A stretch of DNA of 64,000 bases from an uncultured Planctomycetia bacterium. GTDB taxonomy: Bacteria; Omnitrophota; Gorgyraeia; 1-14-0-20-64-10. The position numbers and the translations under genes are program-made. Positions 38,985-50,446 of the stretch are shown here, piece after piece (position 1 is the stretch's first letter; each line of letters opens with the position of its first letter). The DNA is taken from contig CAZQXN010000001.1 of NCBI GenBank assembly GCA_964597545.1, positions 133,655-197,654 of the forward strand, written 5' to 3'. The notes under the pieces were generated by a model. The model was not told where the DNA came from. It worked only from the letters and a program-made list of their open reading frames with translations, and ran no database searches.

Positions 38985-41900
38985 TTGTGGGCCGCCGCCC
39001 GGCGCCGGGGCTTGCGGGGCCGGCTGCTGCTTATTTTGATCTTCTTGTGCCACTCCTGTACGGAGCAAACCTCAAACCCCTTGGAGCGCAGCGCGTAAAT
39101 CCCTGCGGCTAAGGCATCCGCTCCGGGGATCGTAGTGACACAGGGAATTCCTCGGGAAACCGCCAGGGAGCGGATCCGGGTTTCATCGACCTTGGTAGCC
39201 TTGCCGGAGGGGGTATTGATGATCAGATCCACCTTTTCATCCCTTAGGAAATCCAGCACGTGCGGCCGTCCTTCATAGATCTTCTTTACCACTTGGGTCT
39301 CCACATGGTGCCGCTTTAAGTAATCGGCAGTCCCCTGTGTCGTCACAATCTTAAAACCCATCGTCACCAACTGCCGGGTAAATCCCGCGATGAGCGGTTT
39401 ATCCTGATCTTTGACGCTCAAAAAGACCGTCCCGGATAAAGGCACCTGCTGATAAGCGGCCATCTGCGACTTGGCAAAGGCCAATCCGAAGCTGGCATCA
39501 ATGCCCATGACCTCGCCGGTGGAACGCATCTCAGGCCCTAAGATGATATCAACACCAAAGAAGCGGGAAAAAGGAAAAACCGATTCCTTAACAGCGGTAA
39601 AGGGCGGGGTAATCTCCTTTGTCGCCCCCTGCCCGGCCAAGGTATCCCCTGCCATGATCTTGGTGGCAATCTTGACCATCGGCATGCCGATGGCCTTGGC
39701 AATAAAGGGAACCGTTCGGGAAGCCCGAGGGTTGACCTCAAGAACATACACCTCGGCCCCCTTGACCGCAAACTGGATGTTCATCAGCCCCCGGACATTG
39801 AGCTCCTGGGCCAAGCGGCGGCTGGCTGCCCGAATCTCCTCCACCACCTTGGGTGCTAAGGTGTGGGGCGGCAGGGCCATCGCCGCATCTCCTGAGTGTA
39901 CACCCGCGGCTTCGACATGTTCCAAAATTCCACCTACCAGAGAAGTTTTCCCGTCTGCAATCATGTCGACATCCACCTCGACGGCATCCTCCAGGAACTT
40001 GTCCACCAAGACCGGGCGCTCCGGAGGGGCCTGGACCGCCGATGCCATGTAGGCGCGCAAATCGGTCTCGTCGTAGACAATCTCCATGGCCCGCCCACCC
40101 AACACATAGGAGGGGCGCACCAGGACCGGGTAGGTGAGCTGCTTGGCAATTTCTAGGGCCTCGCCCGGAGTCCGGGCAGTTCCGTTGGGGGGCTGCTTGA
40201 GCTTGAGGCGATGGATCATCTCGCTGAACTTCTCCCGGTCCTCGGCCCGGTCAATCTCCTCTGGGGCGGTTCCGATGATGGGGACCCCGGCTTGGCTTAA
40301 CGCCAGGGCGAGGTTGAGGGGGGTTTGACCCCCAAGCTGAACAATGACCCCGGCCGGTCGCTCAGCCTCAACAATGTTGAGGACATCCTCCAGGGTCAAC
40401 GGTTCGAAGTAGAGGTCATCAGCGGTATCGTAATCGGTGGAAACCGTTTCAGGGTTGGAGTTGACCATGATGGTGCGATAGCCGGCCTCCCTCAAGGCAA
40501 AGACTGCCCGGACACAGCAGTAGTCAAATTCAATCCCCTGTCCGATCCGGTTGGGGCCGCCGCCTAAGATCATGATCTTCTTCTGGGCTTGAGCGTCACG
40601 CGGTGTGGGGGCTGTACGCTCAGGAGTCGCTGCGCTTTCGAGGGCAGCCGCCACCGCTGGGCGCTCATAGGTCGAGTAGTAATAGGGGGTAAAAGCTGCG
40701 AACTCCGCAGCGCAGGTATCCACCATATAGAAGAAGGGCCGGATGTTGTGCTGAAGCCTCAAGGCCCGGATCTCCATCTCAGACTCACCCCAGAGAAAAC
40801 CCAGCTGCCGATCACTGAAGCCGTATTGCTTGGCCGTCCATATCAACTCCGGGGTGGGCTTGGCCCCCTGGAGCTGGCGTTCCATCTCCACAATCTGCCG
40901 AATCTCCCGGATGAACCAGGGGTCGATTTGGGTGAGCGCAGTCAACGTTTCGTCCGAAAAACCATCCAGCATGGCTTGTCGGATTCGAAAAATTCGTTCT
41001 GCATGAGGGATGCGGAGCCTCTCTTTGAGCGCCTCAGCCCCTAGCGGTGAGGACTCCTTCCCCCCTGCCCCCAACCCGAAGTGACCGGTCTCTAAGGACC
41101 GTAACCCTTTCTGCAGCGCTTCCTTAAAGGTCCTGCCAATGGCCATGGCCTCTCCAACCGACTTCATCTGGACCGTTAGGGTGGGATCCGCCGCTGGAAA
41201 CTTCTCAAAGGCAAAACGCGGAATCTTGACAACACAGTAATCCAGGGTGGGTTCAAAAGAGGCTGGGGTCTGACGCGTGATATCGTTGGGAAGCTCATCT
41301 AGGGTGTAGCCCACTGCAAGCTTGGCCGCAATCTTGGCAATGGGAAAACCGGTTGCCTTGGAGGCCAGGGCTGAGGAGCGCGAGACCCTTGGGTTCATCT
41401 CGATCACCACGCGGCGCCCGGTTGCAGGGTCCACCGCAAACTGAATGTTGGAACCCCCGGTCTCAACCCCGATCGCCCGAATGCAGGTAATGGCTTCATT
41501 GCGCATCGCCTGATATTCCTTGTCGGTCAAGGTCTGGGCCGGGGCCACGGTGATGGAGTCGCCGGTGTGCACCCCCATGGGGTCCAAGTTCTCAATCGAG
41601 CAGATGATCACGACGTTGTCGTTCTTATCCCGCATGACCTCCAACTCAAATTCTTTCCACCCCGCTACCGATTCTTCAATGAGCACTTCAGAGACCATGC
41701 TCAGGCTCAACCCCGCCTCGGTCGTGGCCTGAAACTCTTCCCAGTTGTAGGCTATGCCTCCGCCGGTTCCGCCCAAGGTGTAGGCCGGCCGGATCACCAC
41801 CGGTAAACCGATGGCTTCAGCCACTACCTTGGCCTCCTGCAGAGTGTGGGCAACACCGCTGCGAGGTACATCCAACCCGGCCTCCTGCATGGCCCGCTTA

Positions 41901-42295
41901 AAATCGTCACGATCCTCAGCCTTCTGAATGGCCTGCTGGTCGGCGCCGATCATCTCTACGTTGTAGCGCTTGAGCGCCCCACTCTGGGCTAACTGCATGG
42001 CGACATTTAAGCCGGTTTGTCCGCCCAGGGTAGGCAGCAGGGCATCCGGGCGCTCCCGAGCGATGACCTTCTCGATCGCTTCAGGGGTAATGGGTTCAAT
42101 GTAGGTTCGATCCGCAAATTCCGGATCGGTCATGATGGTGGCGGGGTTGGAGTTGACCAGAACCACCGAATAGCCCTCTTCTCTCAAAGCCTTGCAGGCT
42201 TGCGTCCCGGAATAGTCGAACTCGCAGGCTTGGGAGATGATGATCGGACCCGAGCCGATGATCAGAATCTTTTTGAGGTCAGTCCGCTTGGGAAT
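38981..42295 (-). CDS. carB: Carbamoyl-phosphate synthase large subunit (pyr-operon copy) with apparent ATT start
   Basis: Frame extends upstream of the ORF-track start to ATT-CCC-AAG-CGG ((M)[16 protein letters not shown]); in-frame TAA lies 9 codons further upstream. Confidence 0.95.
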   Translation of the reverse strand: MPKRTDLKKILIIGSGPIIISQACEFDYSGTQACKALREEGYSVVLVNSNPATIMTDPEFADRTYIEPITPEAIEKVIARERPDALLPTLGGQTGLNVAMQLAQSGALKRYNVEMIGADQQAIQKAEDRDDFKRAMQEAGLDVPRSGVAHTLQEAKVVAEAIGLPVVIRPAYTLGGTGGGIAYNWEEFQATTEAGLSLSMVSEVLIEESVAGWKEFELEVMRDKNDNVVIICSIENLDPMGVHTGDSITVAPAQTLTDKEYQAMRNEAITCIRAIGVETGGSNIQFAVDPATGRRVVIEMNPRVSRSSALASKATGFPIAKIAAKLAVGYTLDELPNDITRQTPASFEPTLDYCVVKIPRFAFEKFPAADPTLTVQMKSVGEAMAIGRTFKEALQKGLRSLETGHFGLGAGGKESSPLGAEALKERLRIPHAERIFRIRQAMLDGFSDETLTALTQIDPWFIREIRQIVEMERQLQGAKPTPELIWTAKQYGFSDRQLGFLWGESEMEIRALRLQHNIRPFFYMVDTCAAEFAAFTPYYYSTYERPAVAAALESAATPERTAPTPRDAQAQKKIMILGGGPNRIGQGIEFDYCCVRAVFALREAGYRTIMVNSNPETVSTDYDTADDLYFEPLTLEDVLNIVEAERPAGVIVQLGGQTPLNLALALSQAGVPIIGTAPEEIDRAEDREKFSEMIHRLKLKQPPNGTARTPGEALEIAKQLTYPVLVRPSYVLGGRAMEIVYDETDLRAYMASAVQAPPERPVLVDKFLEDAVEVDVDMIADGKTSLVGGILEHVEAAGVHSGDAAMALPPHTLAPKVVEEIRAASRRLAQELNVRGLMNIQFAVKGAEVYVLEVNPRASRTVPFIAKAIGMPMVKIATKIMAGDTLAGQGATKEITPPFTAVKESVFPFSRFFGVDIILGPEMRSTGEVMGIDASFGLAFAKSQMAAYQQVPLSGTVFLSVKDQDKPLIAGFTRQLVTMGFKIVTTQGTADYLKRHHVETQVVKKIYEGRPHVLDFLRDEKVDLIINTPSGKATKVDETRIRSLAVSRGIPCVTTIPGADALAAGIYALRSKGFEVCSVQEWHKKIKISSSRPRKPRRRAAAHK

Positions 42296-43013
42296 GGTCT
42301 GGTCTCCGCATGGCCGGGCTTACCGGCAGATCAAACTCCAACACCGGCATGGTATGAAATTTTCCCTGGCCTGCCCGGTAGGTGGCAAAGAGGGGTGCAA
42401 AGGTCTGCCAGGCCGACTCGCTCCGGGTCAGGCGGGCCCGAGCAGTAATGATCCAATTGGTCCCTGTCTGCACAATGGCCAGTGCGATCTCCTCTGCGAA
42501 TAGCCGCTCCGGAGGCGAGCCTTCGGGCAGTGTGAGGCGCAGCTCCTTGCTGTACAGAAACCAGGGGCCGCTGGCATCGGGCGCCTGGTCAGGCTTCTCC
42601 TCTGTCTGAGTCCATCCTGCGGTGTGCAGCTTGACGCCGACCGGCAGTCGAAGCAGCAGGTGCAGTTGGGCGTCCGGCTCCTCTGACGGCTCCCACTGTT
42701 CTGGGACGCTTTCTACCACAAGCTTGACCAAAGCGACCTCTCCGGGTTCCAGCTTCCGCTCCGGCGCCTCAAAGCGCACTCGGATGGGCGATGGGGCTGT
42801 CTCAACCGTCGGAGCCGGAGAGGGTGTCTCAGCCGACATCTCTTGGGCCGGTGCCGGCTGCGTAGCCGGTCTGGCCCGCCGGGCACCAAACTCAAGGGGT
42901 TCAAGAACCGCCTCTTCCTGTGGCTCGGGCAACGGGGTCGAGGCATGCCGCAACACCACCACCGCAGCGATCACTCCCACAGTCAGCAAAATGCCGATTG
43001 CGATCTTCTTCAT
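42279..43013 (-). CDS. Hypothetical membrane-anchored/exported protein between carA and carB
   Basis: N-terminal hydrophobic helix and Pro-rich linker; overlaps both neighbours. Confidence 0.7.
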   Translation of the reverse strand: MKKIAIGILLTVGVIAAVVVLRHASTPLPEPQEEAVLEPLEFGARRARPATQPAPAQEMSAETPSPAPTVETAPSPIRVRFEAPERKLEPGEVALVKLVVESVPEQWEPSEEPDAQLHLLLRLPVGVKLHTAGWTQTEEKPDQAPDASGPWFLYSKELRLTLPEGSPPERLFAEEIALAIVQTGTNWIITARARLTRSESAWQTFAPLFATYRAGQGKFHTMPVLEFDLPVSPAMRRPDHSQAD

Positions 43014-44137
43014 TGCCTCTTGCCCTCCTGCATGAGCTTTACAAAACGGTCAAACAGATACTGGGAATCGTGCGGACCCGGGGAAGCCTCAGGGTGATAT
43101 TGAACCGAAAAAAGGGGAAGTTTTTTGTGCCGGATCCCCTCGCAGGTTTTGTCATTGAGGTTGATGTGCGTCATCTCCACATCCCTTCCGGGAATGGAGT
43201 CAGGGCGCACACAAAAACCGTGGTTCTGTGCGGTAATCTCCACTTTGCGGGTGCCCAGATCCATGACTGGGTGGTTGGCCCCGTGATGCCCGAACTTCAG
43301 CTTAAAGGTCTTACCCCCCAGGGCCAATCCCAGTACCTGGTGGCCCAGACAAATACCAAAGATCGGAATTTTACCGATGCACTCCCGCACGGTGGAGATT
43401 AAGTACGGCACCCCTTCGGGGTCACCCGGACCATTGGAGAGGAACAGCCCGTCTGGTTTGAGTGCCAAGATCTCTTGCGTTGAGGCTGTTGCCGGAGCCA
43501 CCGTCACTCGACAGCCCTTTTGGGTCATCATGCGGGGGATGTGGTCTTTCATGCCGCAGTCGATCGCCACCACGCGGGGTCTGACCTCTTTTTTGAGGTG
43601 AAAGGGGTCTGACCCCTTTGGGGTTTTCTCTGACCACTCGTAAACTTGCTGGCAGGTGACCTCCTTAACCAAATCCCGGCCCACCAGTCCAGGCAAAGCT
43701 TGGGCCTTCTGCACCAACCGCTTGGCATCGCCATCCTCTGTGGAGAGCACCCCCTTGAGAGCCCCTTTCTCTCTCAAGAGAAGGGTGAGCCTCCGGGTGT
43801 CGATCCCCTGAATGGCAACTGTCCCCTGATGGCTCAGCCACTCCTCCAAGGCCCCCTCTTGCTGCCAGTTGGAGGCAATCGGGCTTAAGGCGCGCACAGC
43901 AAATCCCTCTGCTTGTGGCTTTGCCGACTCTGTGTCGCTAGAATTGATCCCATAATTGCCGATAAGAGGATAGGTCATCACCACGATCTGCCCGCGGTAA
44001 GAAGGGTCGGTTAAGATTTCCTGGTAGCCGGTCATGGCGGTGTTAAAGATCACCTCCCCGGACACCTCGCCCGAGGCGCCAAACCCCTCGCCGCAGAAGA
44101 CGGTTCCATCCTCCAGGGCCAGCATTGTTTTCTTCAT
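43010..44137 (-). CDS. carA: Carbamoyl-phosphate synthase small subunit
   Basis: GYQEILTDPSY, SNGPGDP, GICLGHQ and QYHPE motifs. Confidence 0.97.
   Translation of the reverse strand: MKKTMLALEDGTVFCGEGFGASGEVSGEVIFNTAMTGYQEILTDPSYRGQIVVMTYPLIGNYGINSSDTESAKPQAEGFAVRALSPIASNWQQEGALEEWLSHQGTVAIQGIDTRRLTLLLREKGALKGVLSTEDGDAKRLVQKAQALPGLVGRDLVKEVTCQQVYEWSEKTPKGSDPFHLKKEVRPRVVAIDCGMKDHIPRMMTQKGCRVTVAPATASTQEILALKPDGLFLSNGPGDPEGVPYLISTVRECIGKIPIFGICLGHQVLGLALGGKTFKLKFGHHGANHPVMDLGTRKVEITAQNHGFCVRPDSIPGRDVEMTHINLNDKTCEGIRHKKLPLFSVQYHPEASPGPHDSQYLFDRFVKLMQEGKRQ
43576..43619. repeat. Two REP-like palindromes inside carA
   Basis: ggggtctgacctc and aaaggggtctgaccccttt. Confidence 0.8.
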
Positions 44138-44279
44138 AGGGGACGGTCCATTTTGGGACACACCAGGAGCTGAGATGTCCTCTGTCGAGTAAAACCCGCT
44201 ATTGATCCAAGCATCATTCTGTCTATCCCGCCATGTTTACCAGAAACGGCCTGGTGTGTCCCAAAATGGACCGTCCCCT
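44138..44279. mobile_element. MITE-like element with perfect 30-bp terminal inverted repeats
   Basis: aggggacggtccattttgggacacaccagg at 44138-44167 and its exact reverse complement at 44250-44279. Confidence 0.7.
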
Positions 44280-44287
44280 TTAGAACT

Positions 44288-45535
44288 TTAGAAGAGGGTC
44301 AGCTGTTTTTCCTTTTCCGGCGCCCCCGATTCCTTTCCCTTGAACTTGAAGATGTTAACCTCGCCATACTCCCCGTCGTAGCCGGGCAAAATCTCCACCT
44401 CCCCCTTGCGCACCCGAAGGATCCCTTCAGCCAGCTTCTGGGGAAGCTGTTTGCGCAGCTCCTCGGCCGGCAAATCGATTAGGATCTCAAACTCGGTGCC
44501 GACCCGCCCAACCAAATCCAGATATTCCTGCTGCACCCTTTTGGACTGTACCCCTACCTCGCGCGCCTCAGAGATGATCTGATCCAGCGGCACCATGCGC
44601 TTAAAGGGGATTGCCCCTTCCGGGGTCTGTCCTGCGGGGCGGTCGGCCAAAGCCTGCACCCGGTTCATGACTCCGACGGTGATCTTCTTACCGCAGGCCG
44701 GGCATCGAGTGCCCTGCCGGGCCGTCTCCTCGGGTGAAACCCGAACCTTGCAGGGGCGGTGGCCGTCAAAGTGATACTTCCCCTCTTCAGGGAAGAACTC
44801 CACCGTATACAGGAAGCGCTTGGCATCCTTGGTCTTCAAGATCTTTGCGACCTCGCGGTACTCCATCTTGCAGTCAAAGACGTTGGCCTCCCGACCGATG
44901 CGGCTGACGGAATGAGAGTCTGAATTGGAGATGAGCGTATAGCGGTCAAGGCCGCTCAAGCGCCAATTCATCTCAGGGTCTGAGGAAAGCCCGGTCTCTA
45001 AGCAGTGGATCTCGCGCGCCTGGTCTCCGAAACACTCTTCTACCGTGTCAAAGCCTGAGTAAGAGCCGAAGATGGAGAACCATGGCGTCCAGGCATGAGC
45101 AGGCACAATGAGGATTTCGCTGGAGATGTCCAAAACGAGCTTCACCATGTCCCGAGCAGAGAGGCGCAGGAGCGGCCGTCCATCTGAGTTTAAGTCACCG
45201 TAGCGGGCCAGCTGCTTGTTAGCCGCCTCGGCAATCTCTAGGCTCGGGAAGATGAGGACCGTATGGATACGCTTGTTCTTTCCGCCGACCAAGAATTGGT
45301 TGTTCACCTCGGCGGTCGGTACAAAATGCACCCCGCAGTACTCATAGAAACCACCCGGGGTGACTTTGAGTTTGGTTTTAAGCTCCAGCATCCAGAGGGG
45401 ATGCGTACAGTCTCCGGTTCCAAGCAAATGGACCCCTTTGTACCGGGCCCACTGGGCCAACAGGTCCAGATCCAGCCGGGTACTGGTGGCGCGCGAGTAC
45501 CTGGAGTGCAGGTGAAAATCGGCAACGAGTCTCAT
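44288..45535 (-). CDS. Endonuclease Q / PHP-family protein
   Basis: DFHLHSRYS, GTGD, PAHAWTPW, SNSDSHS and GKYHFDGH motifs; Zn ribbon. Confidence 0.85.
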   Translation of the reverse strand: MRLVADFHLHSRYSRATSTRLDLDLLAQWARYKGVHLLGTGDCTHPLWMLELKTKLKVTPGGFYEYCGVHFVPTAEVNNQFLVGGKNKRIHTVLIFPSLEIAEAANKQLARYGDLNSDGRPLLRLSARDMVKLVLDISSEILIVPAHAWTPWFSIFGSYSGFDTVEECFGDQAREIHCLETGLSSDPEMNWRLSGLDRYTLISNSDSHSVSRIGREANVFDCKMEYREVAKILKTKDAKRFLYTVEFFPEEGKYHFDGHRPCKVRVSPEETARQGTRCPACGKKITVGVMNRVQALADRPAGQTPEGAIPFKRMVPLDQIISEAREVGVQSKRVQQEYLDLVGRVGTEFEILIDLPAEELRKQLPQKLAEGILRVRKGEVEILPGYDGEYGEVNIFKFKGKESGAPEKEKQLTLF

Positions 45536-45602
45536 CTCAAGCCTCCGTGGGAACTTCTAGGGGCAGAATGGCCTGTCTGCAGACCGCTTTAAAAATCTTA
45601 GC

Positions 45603-45914
45603 TTACGGCCAGGTCAGGAAATCGAGGAGCTCGGTGGTGTGTGACGCCGGGTCCTCGGATGCCGGCGACCGGGACGGCCGGGCAAGGTATCGAGCGATGG
45701 AGCGCACCCGCTTCTTGGCCAGCCGGCCGTGCCGAGTTCCAGGAAAGGTTTCGGCCAGCAGGCTGTAGAAGTGATAGGCGATTTCCATCTGCTGCTTTGA
45801 CAGAGCGACGTCTGCCTGGTGCTGCAACTTCCGGGCCTCGTGGATCCCCTCCGTTGAGGCGCCGCTTCCCATCAGCAAGACGCTTAACAGCAATCCCAGC
45901 ATCAGCAAGCGCAT
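45603..45914 (-). CDS. Small exported TPR-like hypothetical protein
   Basis: Signal peptide; AYHFYSLLAETFPGT motif. Confidence 0.6.
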   Translation of the reverse strand: MRLLMLGLLLSVLLMGSGASTEGIHEARKLQHQADVALSKQQMEIAYHFYSLLAETFPGTRHGRLAKKRVRSIARYLARPSRSPASEDPASHTTELLDFLTWP

Positions 45915-45929
45915 GGCTTCTCCTTTATC

Positions 45930-46619
45930 TCACTCTCTGAACGTAAGCTCTTCCACTATGACCCCGTCCGGCACAGTAAAGACAAAGGACTCAGGAGGGA
46001 TCGGGGCATTCACTTCGATATCGTAAAATCGATGGATCAAAATCTCTTTGTCCTCTGAGGTCAGCAGTGCGGTGCGACGCGTTAAACCATCCCCCTCTGC
46101 CACATCAACCCGAACGGTCTTGATCTTAACTGGGGCGGTTTCGTTCACCGCATCGAGCGGATCGGCCTCAAAACGCAGGAGGGTCTGACCTTCAGCCTCA
46201 ATCCGTTCGATAAACCGAAGGGTATCTAATTGAAGATCCGCAAAGGGCTGGTGCGGCCCAGGGGGGAGCGGTGGATTGGTGATTTTGTAAATGGTGTTGT
46301 CTTCAATCCCATGCTGCCACTCTACCTTGCCGTCGTCCACCAACAGCTGGCTGTTCTCGACCTCGCCTGCATATCGGATCTCCAGGCGCCTGAGGTTAGG
46401 CCGTTGGTAAAAGAGCTTCCCCTCCAGCTCGATGGGCTCCTCCCCCTCCTCCTTGACCTCCAGAGAGAATCGAGCTTTGTAGCTCGTGAGGGCATCGACC
46501 TTGGCTTGAAGTGCCTCGGCCTCCTCTGGAAGGGCTGGGCTTTGAGCCCAGGCAGCAAGGGCAACGCCCATAACCAGCAACACCACACACAATGTCCTAT
46601 AAGCCAGATCGCGCTTCAT
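45930..46619 (-). CDS. LolA-like outer-membrane lipoprotein carrier
   Basis: Signal peptide; G.L.YQRPNLRR, VDDGKVEW and F.FTVP.GV motifs. Confidence 0.7.
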   Translation of the reverse strand: MKRDLAYRTLCVVLLVMGVALAAWAQSPALPEEAEALQAKVDALTSYKARFSLEVKEEGEEPIELEGKLFYQRPNLRRLEIRYAGEVENSQLLVDDGKVEWQHGIEDNTIYKITNPPLPPGPHQPFADLQLDTLRFIERIEAEGQTLLRFEADPLDAVNETAPVKIKTVRVDVAEGDGLTRRTALLTSEDKEILIHRFYDIEVNAPIPPESFVFTVPDGVIVEELTFRE

Positions 46620-47923
46620 GTCACCACCCCTTCCATGAGCCGGCCGCCACTGACCCTCTGCCTGCCGGCCACCAACACCTCTGTCACTTGCCCTTTCATG
46701 CGCCAGCCCAAGAAGGGAGAGTTGGTGCCCCTTGAAGCAAAGTTGCCGGCCTCCACTGTCCAATCTGCCTTGGGGTCAAAAACCGCTATATCTGCAACAG
46801 CGCCCGCGTTGAGTGTCCCCCGGTCGATGCCGAGCAGCTCGGCCGGCCGCGCGGCAAGCGCCTCAACCATCCTGGAAAGGGTAAGCTGCTTGCGATGCAC
46901 CAACTCCGTCAAGAGCGCCCCGAGGGCGGTCTCCAGCCCCATCGCTCCGAACGGGGCATGGGACAACCCCAACTCTTTTTCTGCCTGCGCATGCGGCGCA
47001 TGGTCGGTGGCCACCACATCCAAGGTGCCGTCGGCCAATCCCCTGCGCAGGGCTTCTTGATCCTTCTGGGACCTCAGCGGCGGCTTCATCTTAAAGCGGG
47101 CATCATAGGTGCTCAGCGCCTCTTCGGTCAGGGTTAGGTGGTGCGGAGTCACCTCGGCTGTGACCTGAACTCCTCTGGCCTTGGCGGCGCGAATCATTTC
47201 GACACCGGCTGCGGTGCTCACATGCGCAATGCGAAGCTTTCCGCCGACGGCCTCTGCCAGAAGGATGTCTCGCGCAATCATGATGGTCTCAGATTCAGCG
47301 GGGATGCCAACCAACCCTAAGCGCGTGGACGTCACCCCCTCATGCACCACCCCCTGACCGGAGAGGGTATGGTCTTCGCAGTGATCGATGATGGCAAGGC
47401 CTGTCATCCGGCTGTACTCCAGTGCCCGCCGCATCAGCCCCGCATTTTGAACCGGCATCCCGTCATCAGAAAAACCGACCGCCCCAGCCGCCTGGAGCTC
47501 TGACATCTGAGTTAGGGTCTCTCCCTGCAGTCCCATGGTCACCGCCGCAATCGGCAGCACCTGGATAAGTCCCACCTTGGTTGATTCATTTCTGACGTAT
47601 TCCACCACCGTTGCCGAGTCCACCACCGGATCGGTGTTGGCCATGGTGCAGACCGTGGTGAAACCCCCTTGAAGGGCAGCCAGGGATCCGGTTTGAATGG
47701 TCTCTTTGTGCTCTTGGCCTGGAGAGCGAAAGTGCACGTGCAAATCAATGAAGCCGGGGCTGACCACCTTGCCCTTGGCATCTAAGATCTCGGCGCCGTT
47801 GGCCTTTAGATTTTTGCCGACCTTGGAGACCTTGCCCTTCTCAATGAGCAGGTCGGTTGTTTCATCGACCCCTTGCGCCGGATCGATGAGGCGGCCCCCT
47901 TTGATCAACAACGACTTGCTCAT
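46616..47923 (-). CDS. pyrC: Dihydroorotase
   Basis: DLHVHFR, HCED, AHVS and TDHAPH motifs. Confidence 0.96.
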   Translation of the reverse strand: MSKSLLIKGGRLIDPAQGVDETTDLLIEKGKVSKVGKNLKANGAEILDAKGKVVSPGFIDLHVHFRSPGQEHKETIQTGSLAALQGGFTTVCTMANTDPVVDSATVVEYVRNESTKVGLIQVLPIAAVTMGLQGETLTQMSELQAAGAVGFSDDGMPVQNAGLMRRALEYSRMTGLAIIDHCEDHTLSGQGVVHEGVTSTRLGLVGIPAESETIMIARDILLAEAVGGKLRIAHVSTAAGVEMIRAAKARGVQVTAEVTPHHLTLTEEALSTYDARFKMKPPLRSQKDQEALRRGLADGTLDVVATDHAPHAQAEKELGLSHAPFGAMGLETALGALLTELVHRKQLTLSRMVEALAARPAELLGIDRGTLNAGAVADIAVFDPKADWTVEAGNFASRGTNSPFLGWRMKGQVTEVLVAGRQRVSGGRLMEGVVT

Positions 47924-48894
47924 GGGCGCACCTGCTGGGGTGCGGGGGCATCCGCTCCGGACTCTTCCTCGGCGGTCACTCCAGCCACCAGGTACAGCAC
48001 CGCCATCCGTACCGCAATGCCGTTGGTGACCTGCTCCAAGATTACCGATTGAGGTCCGTCGGCCACATCCGGGGCGATCTCGATGCCCCGATTGACCGGT
48101 CCGGGGTGCATGACAATCAGATCCGGTTTGGCCCGAGCCAGCTTCTTCTGGGTCAATCCATAAAGCCGGGTGTACTCCCTAAAGGAGGGGATGTGGCGCT
48201 CCTTCTGCCGCTCCAGCTGCAGCCGAAGGGCCATGACCACATCGGCTTGGGCTAGGGGCTTGTCCAGATCGTAGCTGACCTTGACCCCCAAGGCTTCTAT
48301 GGTGGGGGGGACCAGGGTGGGCGGGCCGCAGACGGTGACGTCGGCGCCCAGCTTGGTCAGACCCCACAGATCTGAGCGGGCCACGCGTGAATGCAGGATA
48401 TCCCCGACGATCACCACTTTGAGCCCCTCAATCCGTCCCTTCTTTTCTTGAATGGTGAACAGATCCAACAGCCCCTGGGTGGGGTGTTCGTGGGCGCCGT
48501 CGCCGGCATTGATCACGTTGGATCGGATTGCGCGCGCCACTGAGGCCGGGACACCGCTGGCGCTGTGGCGCACCACCACCACATCCACCCGCATCGCCTC
48601 GAGATTCCGAGCGGTGTCTACGACGCTTTCTCCCTTGACCAAACTCGAGGAGGAGCCTTGCACTTGCAGGATATCGGCGGAGAGCCGCTTGGCTGCCAGC
48701 TCGAAGGAGGCCCGTGTGCGGGTAGAGGGCTCCAAGAAGCAAAGGGCTACGGTCCTGCCCCGAAGGGCCGGAACCTTCTTGATGGCCCTGCCTGAGACCT
48801 CCTTGAACGCTTTGGCCTGCTGAAGCAGGAGTGTCAGCTCCTCTTTGCTTAACTCCTCTAATCCCAGCAGGTCCTTCCGAGTCCAGCGGGTCAT
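47920..48894 (-). CDS. pyrB: Aspartate carbamoyltransferase
   Basis: EPSTRT, HPTQ and HPGP motifs. Confidence 0.97.
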   Translation of the reverse strand: MTRWTRKDLLGLEELSKEELTLLLQQAKAFKEVSGRAIKKVPALRGRTVALCFLEPSTRTRASFELAAKRLSADILQVQGSSSSLVKGESVVDTARNLEAMRVDVVVVRHSASGVPASVARAIRSNVINAGDGAHEHPTQGLLDLFTIQEKKGRIEGLKVVIVGDILHSRVARSDLWGLTKLGADVTVCGPPTLVPPTIEALGVKVSYDLDKPLAQADVVMALRLQLERQKERHIPSFREYTRLYGLTQKKLARAKPDLIVMHPGPVNRGIEIAPDVADGPQSVILEQVTNGIAVRMAVLYLVAGVTAEEESGADAPAPQQVRP

Positions 48895-49445
48895 GTCACC
48901 ACCTCCTCAATCACAACCTCGTCCAAGCTGTCTACCTCAGTCAGGCGAACCTGAACAAGCTCCTGCTTGGCGGTTGGCAAGTTCTTTCCGACGTAATCCG
49001 CCCGTATCGGCAGCTCTCGATGTCCCCGATCCACCAGCACAGCCAACTCAATCACCTCGGGCCTTCCTAAGTCGGTCAGGGCATCCATTGCCGCGCGAAT
49101 CGTCCGGCCCGTAAAGAGGACATCATCTACAATCACCACCCGGCGCCCGGTCACATCGTAGGGAATCTCAGTCCCATGCACCACAGGATTGGACCCGCTG
49201 TGGTTGAGGTCATCCCGATAGAGGGTGATGTCCAGAGTTCCCAGGGCAACGGTGCGTTCGCTGATTTGACGAAGGAGTTTGTCCAAACGCTGTGCCAGCA
49301 CTTCGCCTCGAGATCGGATGCCGATCAAACAGATGCCCTCTGAATCGTGATCCTTCTCAAGGATTTCGTGGGCAATGCGGGTGAGTACCCGCTGGATCCC
49401 ATCGGCATCCAGGGCTTGGGTTTTAGTGCGGGTCTTGGCACTCAT
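48891..49445 (-). CDS. pyrR: Pyrimidine operon attenuation protein / uracil phosphoribosyltransferase
   Basis: [18 protein letters not shown] and DRGHRELPI motifs. Confidence 0.97.
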   Translation of the reverse strand: MSAKTRTKTQALDADGIQRVLTRIAHEILEKDHDSEGICLIGIRSRGEVLAQRLDKLLRQISERTVALGTLDITLYRDDLNHSGSNPVVHGTEIPYDVTGRRVVIVDDVLFTGRTIRAAMDALTDLGRPEVIELAVLVDRGHRELPIRADYVGKNLPTAKQELVQVRLTEVDSLDEVVIEEVVT

Positions 49446-49455
49446 GAAAGGGCAC

Positions 49456-49501
49456 AAAAAAATGGCTCACCCCCGCCTGACTCTAGGCGCAGATGAACCA
49501 T
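49456..49501 (-). terminator. Attenuator terminator upstream of pyrR
   Basis: Minus-strand hairpin atggttcat...gtgagccat followed by a T-run. Confidence 0.8.
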
Positions 49502-49531
49502 GGTTCGCTCAACAGAAACCACTTTGACCTC

Positions 49532-49564
49532 CCTTTTCTGGCCTCTCAGGACCAGTTTAAAAGG
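49532..49564 (-). promoter_or_regulatory. PyrR-binding RNA loop
   Basis: CCTTTTAAACTGGTCCTGAGAGGCCAGAAAAGG matches the known PyrR binding-loop consensus. Confidence 0.9.
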
Positions 49565-49609
49565 TTATTTGCCTGTATCCCCGCGACAAGCGAGGATCCT
49601 CATGTAAGA

Positions 49610-50446
49610 TTAAACCACATCCTCCCCGTCGGTGTCAAGGTCGAGCAGGGTCTCGGTGGGATTTTTGAGGTGGTGGCGGCAGATTCCCCGCTCACTTTTC
49701 TGCACAAACTCCACCAAATGCTCCACTTCCGGAGGAAGATCCTGAAGGGCTCGGATGGAGTTAAGAGCCTGGGTGGTGTTCAAGCCCGCTCGATACAGGA
49801 GGCGATAAGCTTCCCGGATCTTTTGCAAGACCTGGGGTGCGACCTTGGCCCGCCTCAAACCCACCGTGTTGATCGACCAAACTTCGGAATCCCCCTTCAC
49901 CAGCAGGTAGGGTGGAATGTCCTTGTTGACCCGGGCCAGCCCCGCCACCATGGCAAGGGTTCCCACCCGGACAAATTGGTGAACCGCGACATGTCCGGAG
50001 AGGATCGCCCGATCCTCGACGGTGACATGGCCGGCCAAGAGCGCTCCGTTGGCAAGAATCACCCGGTTACCAACGTGGCAGTCGTGGGCCACGTGGGAAA
50101 AACCCATCAAGAAGCAGTCTGAGCCCAGGCTGGTCCAAGCCCCAGGCTGGGAGGCCTTGTGGATTGAGGTGTACTCCCTGAGCACCGTTCTATCCCCAAT
50201 CCGAACGCCGCCGGCCTGCGGCTCCCGAAGAGCCTGATGGAGATGGCCGACGACCGCCCCCACATGAATCTGACACTCCTCCCCAATCTCCAAGGGGGCC
50301 GCGAGATATGCGTGCGACCAAATCTTGGTGCCGGCCCCCACGCGGACCGGTCCCTCAATCACGGCATAGGGGCCAATTTCAACGCCAGGAGCAATCTCTG
50401 CCGCAGGATCAATAACCGCTGTGGGGTGGATATCGACGGTGCTCAA
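49610..50446 (-). CDS. lpxA: Acyl-ACP--UDP-GlcNAc O-acyltransferase
   Basis: IHPTAVID, hexapeptide repeats, HVAHDC and HQFVRVG motifs. Confidence 0.9.
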   Translation of the reverse strand: MSTVDIHPTAVIDPAAEIAPGVEIGPYAVIEGPVRVGAGTKIWSHAYLAAPLEIGEECQIHVGAVVGHLHQALREPQAGGVRIGDRTVLREYTSIHKASQPGAWTSLGSDCFLMGFSHVAHDCHVGNRVILANGALLAGHVTVEDRAILSGHVAVHQFVRVGTLAMVAGLARVNKDIPPYLLVKGDSEVWSINTVGLRRAKVAPQVLQKIREAYRLLYRAGLNTTQALNSIRALQDLPPEVEHLVEFVQKSERGICRHHLKNPTETLLDLDTDGEDVV

